In this document: positions 1 to 8,752 of the stretch, piece by piece | Layout: every line of letters begins with the position of its first letter | How positions within the stretch are numbered: position 1 is the stretch's first letter | Source: a virus | Taxonomy: Duplodnaviria; Caudoviricetes | IMG/VR virus record: IMGVR_UViG_3300033120_000761 | Location: 22,554-86,553 of that record | Strand: one strand, 5' to 3' | DNA: 64,000 nucleotides | The notes under the pieces: model-generated | What the model saw: the letters and a program-made list of their open reading frames with translations, nothing else | Told to the model about the DNA's origin: nothing | The model's database searches: none | Made by a program: the position numbers and the translations under genes

Positions 1-60
1 CCCTAAAGATCTTGAGATGCTATTAACAGAACAAAATGTTTACTTTGTTGAGCGTAATGT

Positions 61-399
61 ATGAATAAAAAACTAAATGATGATATCGGATTAGACCTTG
101 ATATAGTGGATCGAACTGTAGATTTCAGATCTTATAATGACACATCTGTTTTTAATCCAGCAGAGGTAGAACTTAGATTATTGAGAGAATCGGTTCAAAG
201 AATCATCGATCACATGAACCCATTATCGGGCATAGGATATATGGAAGCCGGATCTCCCATTCACGCAGAACTTCTTCATTCAATGAGACAATATTCTAGA
301 CGGCCCTCACCACCAAAGTATCTTAGATTCATTTCTCATAAAGATTTAGGTATAGAAGAGTACAAGAATATGTTCCAGAGTTTGAGATGTATGAATTAG
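61..399 (+). CDS. hypothetical protein
   Basis: 112-aa ORF, part of a tightly overlapping + strand run. Confidence 0.6.
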   Translation: MNKKLNDDIGLDLDIVDRTVDFRSYNDTSVFNPAEVELRLLRESVQRIIDHMNPLSGIGYMEAGSPIHAELLHSMRQYSRRPSPPKYLRFISHKDLGIEEYKNMFQSLRCMN

Positions 400-770
400 A
401 TCGAACAACATTCTTAGAAACGGTAGAATCTCATCCGATCAAAACCCAGGAAAAGAAAGATGAGATGATTCAAAACTATCTCGATTATAACGTCAATCAT
501 CGAATCCAGTTAGAGTGTAAAAAGTGTTATTCAGAAAATAGTCCTGAAACTGCTGAATACCTCAGAGAGTTAAAATCCTTCGCTATGGCATCAATCAATT
601 ATTTAATTATGGGCGGACTCATTGAAAACTCATCAATCGACTTTGATTTAAGAATTGTTCATTTTCAAAAGGGTGATTTCAGGGTTAAAGTATTTCACAA
701 AGATTGGTATAGAAACGGTAAAAAAGAAATTGAATATCAATTCAAACATAATAGCAGGAGAAGCCTATGA
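387..770 (+). CDS. hypothetical protein
   Basis: 127-aa ORF, stop overlaps the next ATG. Confidence 0.65.
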   Translation: MYELDRTTFLETVESHPIKTQEKKDEMIQNYLDYNVNHRIQLECKKCYSENSPETAEYLRELKSFAMASINYLIMGGLIENSSIDFDLRIVHFQKGDFRVKVFHKDWYRNGKKEIEYQFKHNSRRSL

Positions 771-1969
771 CGCAGAAAAAATGTTACATCACAATTGAGA
801 CTTTCACTCGAAGCAGTTTATTTTCATTATCTATGTTCGATCAAACCCCATCATTAGTAGAATCAACTATGGTAGTTGATCTAGATAAATTATCGGCAAC
901 ACTGGCAGGGATCGGAGCAGACTCTAATAAAAAAGTTAAGAGAATCGTAGTCGGTGAAGAAATATCTTTTATCACAACTTATGAAGTACCTGATCTAACA
1001 AGATTCAAACCAAACTTGAAGACAGAAAAATATAGAGAAGATGGGGCGCTTTACTTAAACGCCAATGCAAGCGAATTAAGTAATGCACCAATCACGCAGG
1101 AAGAATTATCTAGAGGTCAAAGAGTTGTTAATCTTAAACCATTAACTGATGATGAGATGCTTGATATGTCTATGACTAAATCTCAATTTGATAAACTTCA
1201 TACAGGCCCTAGAGAACGCGAAGTCGGAGAACAACCATTCAAGCCTGCAACGCGAGATGAATTAATGGCATTTGATAATATGGATCTTCCAGAACTTCCG
1301 GGATCTGATAAAAAAGAAAAGAATATTCTGGATGCAATCAACCCACAAGATCGTAACTTTTCTACAAAGAAACTTGTAACAACTTCTTATCCTAGAGATC
1401 CTCATGGTCCAATGTTTGATTCAGTCGAAGACATTGATGATGAAGCTGGAACACCGATTGGGAAAGATCTAGAAAAGGCGACTTATGACGAGGAAGATGA
1501 GAACTCAGCGTTATTTGACGATCATTATAACGAAGCTCCAGACTTTTTCTTAAATAAAGAAACCGGTAGATATGAATCATTGATCTTATCAGAAGATCTA
1601 GAAGTCGATGATCTATTAGGTGTTGATACTGAAGCCTCACATTCCGCCGGTCATGTTGTTTTTGAGCAAGACTATACTCCGCTATCTAGGAGATCGGAAT
1701 CGATTGAACCAGAAGTTGAAACAGTTATCGAAGAGCCAACAGTAGAGATTGAAGACACAGAAGAACCAAAAGAAACTCTAGCCTCTGCTCTATCAAATGC
1801 AATCGATAAATCAACTGAAGCAAAAGTAACAAAGAAAATCGAGGATAGAGATTATCCAGAAATGGGTGGTGTATCTGAACACAGAAGATCTATGCAACAG
1901 AATAAAATCGTGATGCCTAAGATCGAACATAATCCACCGACTAGAAAGAAAACATTTACTAGAAGATAA
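767..1969 (+). CDS. acidic, probably largely disordered hypothetical protein
   Basis: 400-aa ORF, GGAG RBS upstream, D/E-rich. Confidence 0.75.
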   Translation: MTQKKCYITIETFTRSSLFSLSMFDQTPSLVESTMVVDLDKLSATLAGIGADSNKKVKRIVVGEEISFITTYEVPDLTRFKPNLKTEKYREDGALYLNANASELSNAPITQEELSRGQRVVNLKPLTDDEMLDMSMTKSQFDKLHTGPREREVGEQPFKPATRDELMAFDNMDLPELPGSDKKEKNILDAINPQDRNFSTKKLVTTSYPRDPHGPMFDSVEDIDDEAGTPIGKDLEKATYDEEDENSALFDDHYNEAPDFFLNKETGRYESLILSEDLEVDDLLGVDTEASHSAGHVVFEQDYTPLSRRSESIEPEVETVIEEPTVEIEDTEEPKETLASALSNAIDKSTEAKVTKKIEDRDYPEMGGVSEHRRSMQQNKIVMPKIEHNPPTRKKTFTRR

Positions 1970-1995
1970 GCCCACTGATGGGCCTGGAGATTTAT

Positions 1996-2820
1996 ATGAA
2001 GAAAATTTTACCCTTATTACTATTGATGGTATTAGCGAGCTGTGGAACAACGCCAGTTCAAACTAAGCCAGAAGTTAAACCAGATCCTATTATCACTCCA
2101 TCAGTTCCAGAAACTCCGGTTGTTGAAGTTCCTGCTACTGTAGATCTATCGGCGATCTCGAATATTGCAAAGGAGAGTTCTTGCTCATCTTATAAATGGA
2201 AAGATAGAAGCAAAGCTCCCGCAGGATATATCAGAGGAATGGCATTAGCTTATGCTCGTGAGATCTGCTTCCCATCGGCTGTAGCGAATCAAAAACTTGG
2301 ATCTGATCAAACGGATGCCCTAACTTGGTTAAAGCTTCCAGCGACCTCTAAAGCTCTTTATACAATGATCATTGGTGCAGGGATGAGAGAATCATCTGGA
2401 AAGTATTGTGAAGGTAAGGATGCTTCAGCAAGTAACGCAACGGCGACTACCGCAGAAGCAGGATTATTTCAAACATCTTATAATGCAATGTCTAGTTCAC
2501 CAGAGCTAAAAGCATTATTCAATGACTATAGAAACAATAAACATAATTGCATCGAAGACTTTAAAGATCCTGCAATCACTTGTACTAAAGCAATGTTGAA
2601 GAACTGGGGAACGGGAGATGGTTTAGTTTTTCAAGAACTAGCGAAGTCATGCCCAGTATTTGCAGTTCAAGTAAAAGCTATTACCTCAAGAGTGATCAGA
2701 AAACATTATGGCCCTATCAACAGAAGAGAAGTTGAATACAATCTCTCATGCGAATCGATGCTGACAAAGGTTGAAGCCGTAATCAAGACTCATCCTGAAC
2801 TTTGCGAAGGCTTAAAATAA
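1996..2820 (+). CDS. lipoprotein with lysozyme-like (putative peptidoglycan hydrolase) domain
   Basis: GGAG RBS then MKKILPLLLLMVLAS-C lipobox; P/E/V/K linker; RESSG...AGLFQ motif resembling lysozyme/transglycosylase catalytic Glu plus GLFQ. Confidence 0.6.
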   Translation: MKKILPLLLLMVLASCGTTPVQTKPEVKPDPIITPSVPETPVVEVPATVDLSAISNIAKESSCSSYKWKDRSKAPAGYIRGMALAYAREICFPSAVANQKLGSDQTDALTWLKLPATSKALYTMIIGAGMRESSGKYCEGKDASASNATATTAEAGLFQTSYNAMSSSPELKALFNDYRNNKHNCIEDFKDPAITCTKAMLKNWGTGDGLVFQELAKSCPVFAVQVKAITSRVIRKHYGPINRREVEYNLSCESMLTKVEAVIKTHPELCEGLK

Positions 2821-2821
2821 G

Positions 2822-3022
2822 ATGATAACAGCGACTCTGAAATCAGAAGTAATTACTGAGCTAGACTATATTCCTGGGGAACATCAGAGAATTATCCTGA
2901 AAGATCCAGACTATAATAATGGTAAAGAATCTCACTTTCTGGTTTCAGAGATCGTTCATCACGTCGATATCGGGATAGGGCATACGGTTGAAGTAAAGCT
3001 TATCAAGACGAGAAAAAGATGA
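2822..3022 (+). CDS. hypothetical protein
   Basis: 66-aa ORF abutting the upstream stop. Confidence 0.55.
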   Translation: MITATLKSEVITELDYIPGEHQRIILKDPDYNNGKESHFLVSEIVHHVDIGIGHTVEVKLIKTRKR

Positions 3023-3103
3023 ATGTAGAAATATCGGTCAAAGACCATAGACAGGTGAATGAAGATTTCGATAAAATAGTTAAGTTCTTGAGAGGATATA
3101 ATT

Positions 3104-3319
3104 ATGCTAGATAATCCGCAATACCTAGAATCAGATAAAGAATATCTTTTCTTAAAACCCAAGACCTTTTATCCTGTTTTAGTAAAACTTACGATCAGAA
3201 CTCATTACGGTAAGCCACGTGGTTGCTATTTCATTTCAACTGAAAAGGCCGGCTGGCTCAGGATCTCAGATCAGAAGTTAAAGAAGATGAACCTAAAGTT
3301 TATATGGGAGATATCATGA
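3104..3319 (+). CDS. hypothetical protein
   Basis: 71-aa ORF with GAGGA RBS. Confidence 0.6.
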   Translation: MLDNPQYLESDKEYLFLKPKTFYPVLVKLTIRTHYGKPRGCYFISTEKAGWLRISDQKLKKMNLKFIWEIS

Positions 3320-3693
3320 ACTTTGTTAAAGCAGTTTTTAATCGATACAAGATAGAGAAAAAATTAAATGAGATTGACCCATTTCTATCAATCAGAAAAG
3401 AGATCGGAGAATCTAATAGAGATTCAACTTGCAAGATTCACATTATAATTGATCAAGGAAGAAAACACGGATTCCATGATGATGATTATATTTGGAGAGT
3501 AAGATTTCAACTTCTCAAGACCGGGACTAAAAGATTGATCATTCACCACCTGTCATATGATATGGATAATAAGATTCAACCGTTAATCGAGACTTATCAA
3601 GCTGTTTATGGCGATGCTGTAGGACTTCATAAGTATGGAAGAAATAAAGAAGTTGTCAGTTTGTTAATAGATTATGCTGAAACATATCTGTAA
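3316..3693 (+). CDS. hypothetical protein
   Basis: ORF 3304-3693; GGAG RBS favours ATG at 3316. Confidence 0.65.
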   Translation: MNFVKAVFNRYKIEKKLNEIDPFLSIRKEIGESNRDSTCKIHIIIDQGRKHGFHDDDYIWRVRFQLLKTGTKRLIIHHLSYDMDNKIQPLIETYQAVYGDAVGLHKYGRNKEVVSLLIDYAETYL

Positions 3694-3872
3694 AACTCAA
3701 AATTAATTTGATTTCGTATTTTTTAAATAATAAGATTCTTTTTAAATCCTCAACTATAAACATCGTTCTCGCAAAATCTGGTTATGTTCTGAGGATTGTT
3801 ACACAGTTAAAGTATGGATTGCTGGGTTCGGGACGCTGAATAATTCCTGGCCCTGCTTTAACTAATTTGGAA

Positions 3873-4091
3873 ATGGTAATGGAACAGCTTGGAAAAGATT
3901 TAATTCATTTAGTTAAGCTTAGAAAATTAGCTCAAAGCCACGGTTCTCATCCAAAGATCATCGAAAACTTATCTACCCAAATATCAAATAAATCAAAACA
4001 AATTATGGAAGATCCCACCGTGAAAGAATCGGTGATCTCACAATTAAAACTAATCAAGGAGAATTCAAATGTTAGAAGTAATCAAAACTAA
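3873..4091 (+). CDS. hypothetical protein
   Basis: ORF 3867-4091; in-frame ATG at 3873. Confidence 0.55.
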   Translation: MVMEQLGKDLIHLVKLRKLAQSHGSHPKIIENLSTQISNKSKQIMEDPTVKESVISQLKLIKENSNVRSNQN

Positions 4092-4221
4092 CCCACTGGC
4101 AACGGCATTCATTATCTTATCGACTCTGCAATTAGGATTCAATCTGCTAACTATTCTAAGATTTAGAAAAGCAGAAAAGAAAATTGGGGATCTGATTTAT
4201 AAAACTAGAAGAGTACAATAA
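4069..4221 (+). CDS. small membrane protein
   Basis: hand-translated 50-aa ORF MLEVIKTNPLATAFIILSTLQLGFNLLTILRF..., AGGAG RBS, hydrophobic segment. Confidence 0.55.
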   Translation: MLEVIKTNPLATAFIILSTLQLGFNLLTILRFRKAEKKIGDLIYKTRRVQ

Positions 4222-4589
4222 TGGAGCCGGTAGATATAACATCTCTGACTAAATTATTCTTAAGCCTTGGTTGCATCTATTTTGCCTGCAACATTGGGTA
4301 CATATTCTTTGCTATAGTCAGGGATACTCAAACGGCCCATAAAGCGAATAAGCACGCTGAGATCGCGCAAGAGCATTTAAAGCTTCATCATAAGCAATAT
4401 GATATTCAATTAGAGAATAAGGTTAAAACCTGCACTCAATATTTAGAAGAAGTTGATCGAATCATCAATGAACAATTAAATCAGAACAGGTGGATCTTAG
4501 CGACTAAAAATCTGAAAAAGAAATTAGAGCAAGCAAGGGCAGGAGAGGAAGAGGCCAGCAATAAAGATATAAATAGGATCGACTCGTAA
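4221..4589 (+). CDS. membrane-anchored hypothetical protein
   Basis: N-terminal hydrophobic helix followed by coiled-coil-like region. Confidence 0.6.
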   Translation: MEPVDITSLTKLFLSLGCIYFACNIGYIFFAIVRDTQTAHKANKHAEIAQEHLKLHHKQYDIQLENKVKTCTQYLEEVDRIINEQLNQNRWILATKNLKKKLEQARAGEEEASNKDINRIDS

Positions 4590-4646
4590 CATTAGCAATC
4601 AAGCAAGTTGTGGGTGTCGAAGAGGTAGTTATGGGAGTAGGAGAAG

Positions 4647-4895
4647 ATGAATAAGATATTGAAGATTAGAAAAGGTACAGCAGTTTTTACTACGAAAGCT
4701 ATCACGAATTCGATCGGTGATATAATCATCCCTAAAGGATCACTTGGAATTTTTAATTACTACAATCCCAAGATGATAAACTATCATATTATCTTTGATA
4801 ACGTCGAAGTTAAGTCAATGAATCAAGGTGAATTCAAGATCTTAACAAAAGAAAATTTTATTACATCGATTGAGAATTGGTTAGATATAGATTAA
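4647..4895 (+). CDS. hypothetical protein
   Basis: 82-aa ORF, AGGAG RBS. Confidence 0.6.
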   Translation: MNKILKIRKGTAVFTTKAITNSIGDIIIPKGSLGIFNYYNPKMINYHIIFDNVEVKSMNQGEFKILTKENFITSIENWLDID

Positions 4896-4943
4896 GAGTA
4901 TCGAATTTATCCCATTAACAAAAGAAACCTTCAGGAAAAGATA

Positions 4944-5198
4944 ATGGATAATTTAATTATTCCCGGCCCTAGAACAGATGATTGGGATAAGCTGACAAAG
5001 ATTCAGAAGAATAAGTGCCTTTGTATGCTGTCGAATGATGTAACCAATCTTAGAGTTTATATTCAACCCATCGATCAGAGAAATGATCCTGGATTAGCAT
5101 TGAAGACTCAATACGGATCTTTGAAACTAGTTTACATCAGACAGGGAAAAGAAGTTCATTCAATCATTTCTGCTCAGGCAGGTGGTGGCGAGAAGTGA
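4944..5198 (+). CDS. hypothetical protein
   Basis: 84-aa ORF, AGGA RBS. Confidence 0.6.
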   Translation: MDNLIIPGPRTDDWDKLTKIQKNKCLCMLSNDVTNLRVYIQPIDQRNDPGLALKTQYGSLKLVYIRQGKEVHSIISAQAGGGEK

Positions 5199-5280
5199 GT
5201 GATAAAACAAAAGAAGAAAAGGCCAGACGAGAAGAGGCAGAAGCTATTGAGAAAAGTATCATCACAACAAGGATCGATTC

Positions 5281-5745
5281 ATGATAGCAGAAGCCATCAC
5301 ATCAGAACTCATTAGAGGGGCAAGGCCGCAGTCTCACCAAGATCTGAAAGACTTAGGTTGCACGGCAGTCATAGAGCTTCAATCGGGCGTATTTGAGTTC
5401 TTTCATAACGATACTTATGAATATGAAAAAGCTGAGAACTTTGATCTAGCGGGCTATGCAATCAAATGTAATGACTTCTTTCCACCATCGACTAATCAAG
5501 CCAGAAAATTCTTATCTATTATAAAAAGAAATCAGAGAACTTATGTTCACTGTCTCCATGGAAAAGATAGGACTGGTTTTTTATGCGCAGTTTATAATAT
5601 GCAAGTTCTTGGTTGGGACTATTCTAAAGCCGTGAAAGATATGTTCGATCATGGATTTCACAAGTGGCCGTATATTTGGTGGGTGCCATTCCTCTACAAA
5701 TTCAGGAAGAATGTTCCATTAATTATTAATGGGGAGTCCCGATGA
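5281..5745 (+). CDS. protein tyrosine / dual-specificity phosphatase family protein
   Basis: P-loop signature HC-x5-R (VHCLHGKDRTG). Confidence 0.85.
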   Translation: MIAEAITSELIRGARPQSHQDLKDLGCTAVIELQSGVFEFFHNDTYEYEKAENFDLAGYAIKCNDFFPPSTNQARKFLSIIKRNQRTYVHCLHGKDRTGFLCAVYNMQVLGWDYSKAVKDMFDHGFHKWPYIWWVPFLYKFRKNVPLIINGESR

Positions 5746-6032
5746 AACTTTTCTTACTAGAAAATAAAAGTCCAGATATGTTGGGGGATAGAGATATCTA
5801 TGTTTCAGCCGTTGTTATTGCAGAAGATAAAGAAAGCGCAAAACGCATTTATCCCAATGCTATGGTTAAGCATAAGCACGTTGACGGAACTGGGTGGTGT
5901 TATCGTTCAGGTCTAGGGAGGCTCCTAAATACGGCTTGGCCTGATAATCTAAAACATATCAAAGCAACAGAGATCGGGATTGCAAAAACAAAGAGTGCAA
6001 AAGTCGTCTGCTCTGACTTTAACGGGGGTTGA
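5742..6032 (+). CDS. hypothetical protein
   Basis: 96-aa ORF with ATGA overlap and GGAG RBS. Confidence 0.6.
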   Translation: MKLFLLENKSPDMLGDRDIYVSAVVIAEDKESAKRIYPNAMVKHKHVDGTGWCYRSGLGRLLNTAWPDNLKHIKATEIGIAKTKSAKVVCSDFNGG

Positions 6033-6034
6033 TC

Positions 6035-6178
6035 TTGAGAACAAGAGTTACATTTACGGCAATTATAGAATCAGTTAATGAAGTCGATTATTCAGTGATC
6101 GCATCTGAGATAGAATTATCTATTAAGCAGGTTGCGGGGGTTGAAGAAGTAGACGTTGGAATCGGGGAAGATGAGTAA
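6035..6178 (+). CDS. small hypothetical protein
   Basis: hand-translated 47-aa ORF (TTG start) MRTRVTFTAIIES...GIGEDE, GGGGG RBS. Confidence 0.5.
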   Translation: MRTRVTFTAIIESVNEVDYSVIASEIELSIKQVAGVEEVDVGIGEDE

Positions 6179-6359
6179 AATAAAAACCGATGTTCTTATG
6201 ATTGTTTTTCACACGGTAGATCCTCGACCGCCAGAAATATTTTATATGAATAACTCAGAAGACGTAATTAAATATTCAAAGAGACTCGTAGAAATAACAA
6301 AGGCGAGATGTAAATTTGCAATCTATACTATTGGCGCTTGCATTGGAGATTATTCATGA
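6171..6359 (+). CDS. hypothetical protein
   Basis: ORF 6156-6359; ATG at 6171 preceded by GGGGA. Confidence 0.55.
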   Translation: MSKIKTDVLMIVFHTVDPRPPEIFYMNNSEDVIKYSKRLVEITKARCKFAIYTIGACIGDYS

Positions 6360-6413
6360 TCAACTGGACAATCGAACGATTTTTTGGAAAAGTCGCAGAG
6401 AAGATTTAAAATC

Positions 6414-7016
6414 ATGCGAACAGGAAGAGATAAAGAACCTTCAATGGTTAAAGGAAGAATAACTATGTTCAGTTCATTTAATATTTTAAATTGGAAGCGG
6501 AAGAAAAAACATTCTCAACTTGCTCCCGCTACCTATTGGAATCAAGATGGAACACCTTGGGATAAAGATGATGAATTGTCTACATCCCAACCCATCATTT
6601 ATTGCTTCCTTCAACAGCATGGAGAGTATCACCCAGGATGGTATTTTACCGACGAGGCAGAACAACTTCATGGCCCATTTGAAACAATCGAAGAGACTTG
6701 CAAAATATCAGAAGAGTATGGGTGGAGACTCAGATCGATTTACGATATGTCTAATTCTAAATTAGATAGAAACGGAAAGGAGATTAAGATTGGTGATGTG
6801 GTTGCTCAGGCGATAACTCTCAATCACGATACATTTAAGGGATTCACTTTCACTACAAGAATTTGCAGATGGTATGAAGGTGAAGTAATTCTAGATGGTG
6901 TTTACGGCTATTCTTGGCTCTATGATACTGATTCAAAAGAGCTGGAAGTAATCGATAAAGATACTGATATGAGTTCTTTAGAATATTATTTCTCAACAAC
7001 ATTCAGGAAACGATAA
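6414..7016 (+). CDS. hypothetical protein with C-terminal YopX-like motif
   Basis: LDRNGKEIKIGDVV resembles the YopX DKNGKEIYEGDI signature; start uncertain (6384/6414/6465). Confidence 0.5.
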   Translation: MRTGRDKEPSMVKGRITMFSSFNILNWKRKKKHSQLAPATYWNQDGTPWDKDDELSTSQPIIYCFLQQHGEYHPGWYFTDEAEQLHGPFETIEETCKISEEYGWRLRSIYDMSNSKLDRNGKEIKIGDVVAQAITLNHDTFKGFTFTTRICRWYEGEVILDGVYGYSWLYDTDSKELEVIDKDTDMSSLEYYFSTTFRKR

Positions 7017-7160
7017 TGTCGGATAAGGCGAAAGAAGAGGAAGCTCTAAAGGCCCTAGCTAATATTTTTAGAGAGGCGGCAACTTTCGTTGATGAAAATA
7101 AAGAAGAGATAATAGTTGTACTATCATTTGTAAACGCGATTAAAAAACTAGGAAATAATA

Positions 7161-7367
7161 ATGACGAAAAAAATGAACTATGAAACAGATACGGGCGATC
7201 AGATCATGCTACCTATTTCAGAGGTAACGGGATTCACGATTGAAGATGGAGAGTTTTTAATTCATTCAACAGGCGGCTCAAGACCGTCAGATGAATTAGA
7301 AAAAGATGAGTTCATTAGAAAGTTAGGTGAATGGCATACTTATCTAAAATCAGAAAAGGGTAAATAA
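7161..7367 (+). CDS. hypothetical protein
   Basis: 68-aa ORF. Confidence 0.6.
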   Translation: MTKKMNYETDTGDQIMLPISEVTGFTIEDGEFLIHSTGGSRPSDELEKDEFIRKLGEWHTYLKSEKGK

Positions 7368-7369
7368 TC

Positions 7370-7561
7370 ATGACCAGAAAAGTTATCTTCTTTAATAACG
7401 CCAACCCTGAGCTAGAGCAAGAATTGGAAAAGGAATACCCGATTGGCACGTCTGATGTTCAGATCGGGTTTGATTTTGATCAGTGGATTCTATCAGAATT
7501 AGAGGGGGCAATCGGCTGGTACGATAAAGAAGAGAAGAATATCAAACGGATAGACGATTAA
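7370..7561 (+). CDS. hypothetical protein
   Basis: 63-aa ORF. Confidence 0.55.
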   Translation: MTRKVIFFNNANPELEQELEKEYPIGTSDVQIGFDFDQWILSELEGAIGWYDKEEKNIKRIDD

Positions 7562-7622
7562 TATTTATAGCAATTTTGAGTTAGGAGAGATATCTTCCGG
7601 TGAAATATCATAGGACGGTCCC

Positions 7623-7871
7623 ATGAACGAAGAAATCTATAAAGATCAGGCTCCGATAAATAACTCTGTTGGCGAGAGAACTTTCTCAAGCGCTCATACC
7701 CGATGGGGGATCAAAGGAATAGAATCGGCCTTTGCTCAAAGGATAAGAAACGCTCGTAACTTTGATGAGCTTGATACAATTCAGATCGAAGTAAAAGCAG
7801 ATATTCATCTACATCAAATGATAAAAAATAATTTATTAATCAACATTGACCGCCAAAGAGAAGATCTATAA
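7623..7871 (+). CDS. hypothetical protein
   Basis: 82-aa ORF. Confidence 0.55.
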   Translation: MNEEIYKDQAPINNSVGERTFSSAHTRWGIKGIESAFAQRIRNARNFDELDTIQIEVKADIHLHQMIKNNLLINIDRQREDL

Positions 7872-8093
7872 TTATCATTATAAATTACATGGCATTATTT
7901 TATTCAAGCCTACTATTACTATTTTCAATAATGGCCAGTCATGGTTGCTGCAAAAATAACCTGTCTGCCATCTATCCCTATAGCGGGGTTTTTATTTTAT
8001 CAAATGTGATCGGGTATCTTACTCGACGGAAGATTCCTTATTTTTTATGCGAATGACGATATCTAAATTAAAAGAAATGATCTTGGAGAGAAT

Positions 8094-8351
8094 ATGATAG
8101 CTCAAGTTTTAAAATTCAGAATCGGGCAGGGTGAGAATGATATCATTATGACTGAGGGATCTAAGGTCATTGAATTTAATTCTCAGGGTGATGATTTATT
8201 TATATGGGCAGAAGTTCCTAAGACTGATGATCATATTAAGAGGAGAGTTAAATATTTTGGAACCGGATGGGAAGTAGATACTGAGAAATGGTCATATCTA
8301 AAGACGACTCATCATCACGGATTCGTCTGGCATCTTTACGAAGCTAAATAA
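8094..8351 (+). CDS. conserved phage hypothetical protein (DUF7352-like)
   Basis: pattern IWAEV...RVKYFGTGW...FVWHLYE typical of this small phage family; GGAG RBS. Confidence 0.55.
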   Translation: MIAQVLKFRIGQGENDIIMTEGSKVIEFNSQGDDLFIWAEVPKTDDHIKRRVKYFGTGWEVDTEKWSYLKTTHHHGFVWHLYEAK

Positions 8352-8701
8352 TGAAAGAAGCAATCATCACGGGTGGGAGAACCTATTCTAATCGATCCCA
8401 CCTATTCAAAATATTAAAGGCACTAAGGGTTAAGAAAATAATCAACGGCGGTTGTTCCGGTGCGGATGAACTATCGACCGATTTTGCTATAGAGCATAAA
8501 CTCGAATTTGAAATAGAAAAGGCGGATTGGAAAAAGTATGGCAGATCCGCAGGCCCTAAGAGAAATAAGAGGATGCTGATAGATCATCCCGATGCCGTAG
8601 TAGTGGCTTTCAAGGGTGGTGATGGAACTGAGAATTGCATCAATCAAGCATTAAGAATGGAAAGGCTCGTTATCAGGGTAGAAGAGCCAGAAGATTTTTA
8701 G
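8351..8701 (+). CDS. SLOG-superfamily (DUF2493/YspA-like) protein
   Basis: IITGGRTY...GGCSGAD...ADWKKYGRSAGPKRNKRML...FKGGDGT motifs. Confidence 0.8.
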   Translation: MKEAIITGGRTYSNRSHLFKILKALRVKKIINGGCSGADELSTDFAIEHKLEFEIEKADWKKYGRSAGPKRNKRMLIDHPDAVVVAFKGGDGTENCINQALRMERLVIRVEEPEDF

Positions 8702-8743
8702 CTTTTAAGGAATCATGTTACACTGGAATCTCAAATATTCCAG
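8697..8743 (+). promoter_or_regulatory. extended -10 promoter (TG-T-TACACT) overlapping a hairpin that partly covers the endolysin RBS
   Basis: TGTTACACT 8716-8724; inverted repeat CTGGAAT (8723-8729)/ATTCCAG (8737-8743) runs into CAGGAG RBS. Confidence 0.5.
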
Positions 8744-8752
8744 GAGATAACA

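Noticed and set aside
3821-3835. GGTTCG as a tRNA T-loop
   Set aside because: Flanks do not form a 5-bp T stem, and no acceptor or anticodon arms are present
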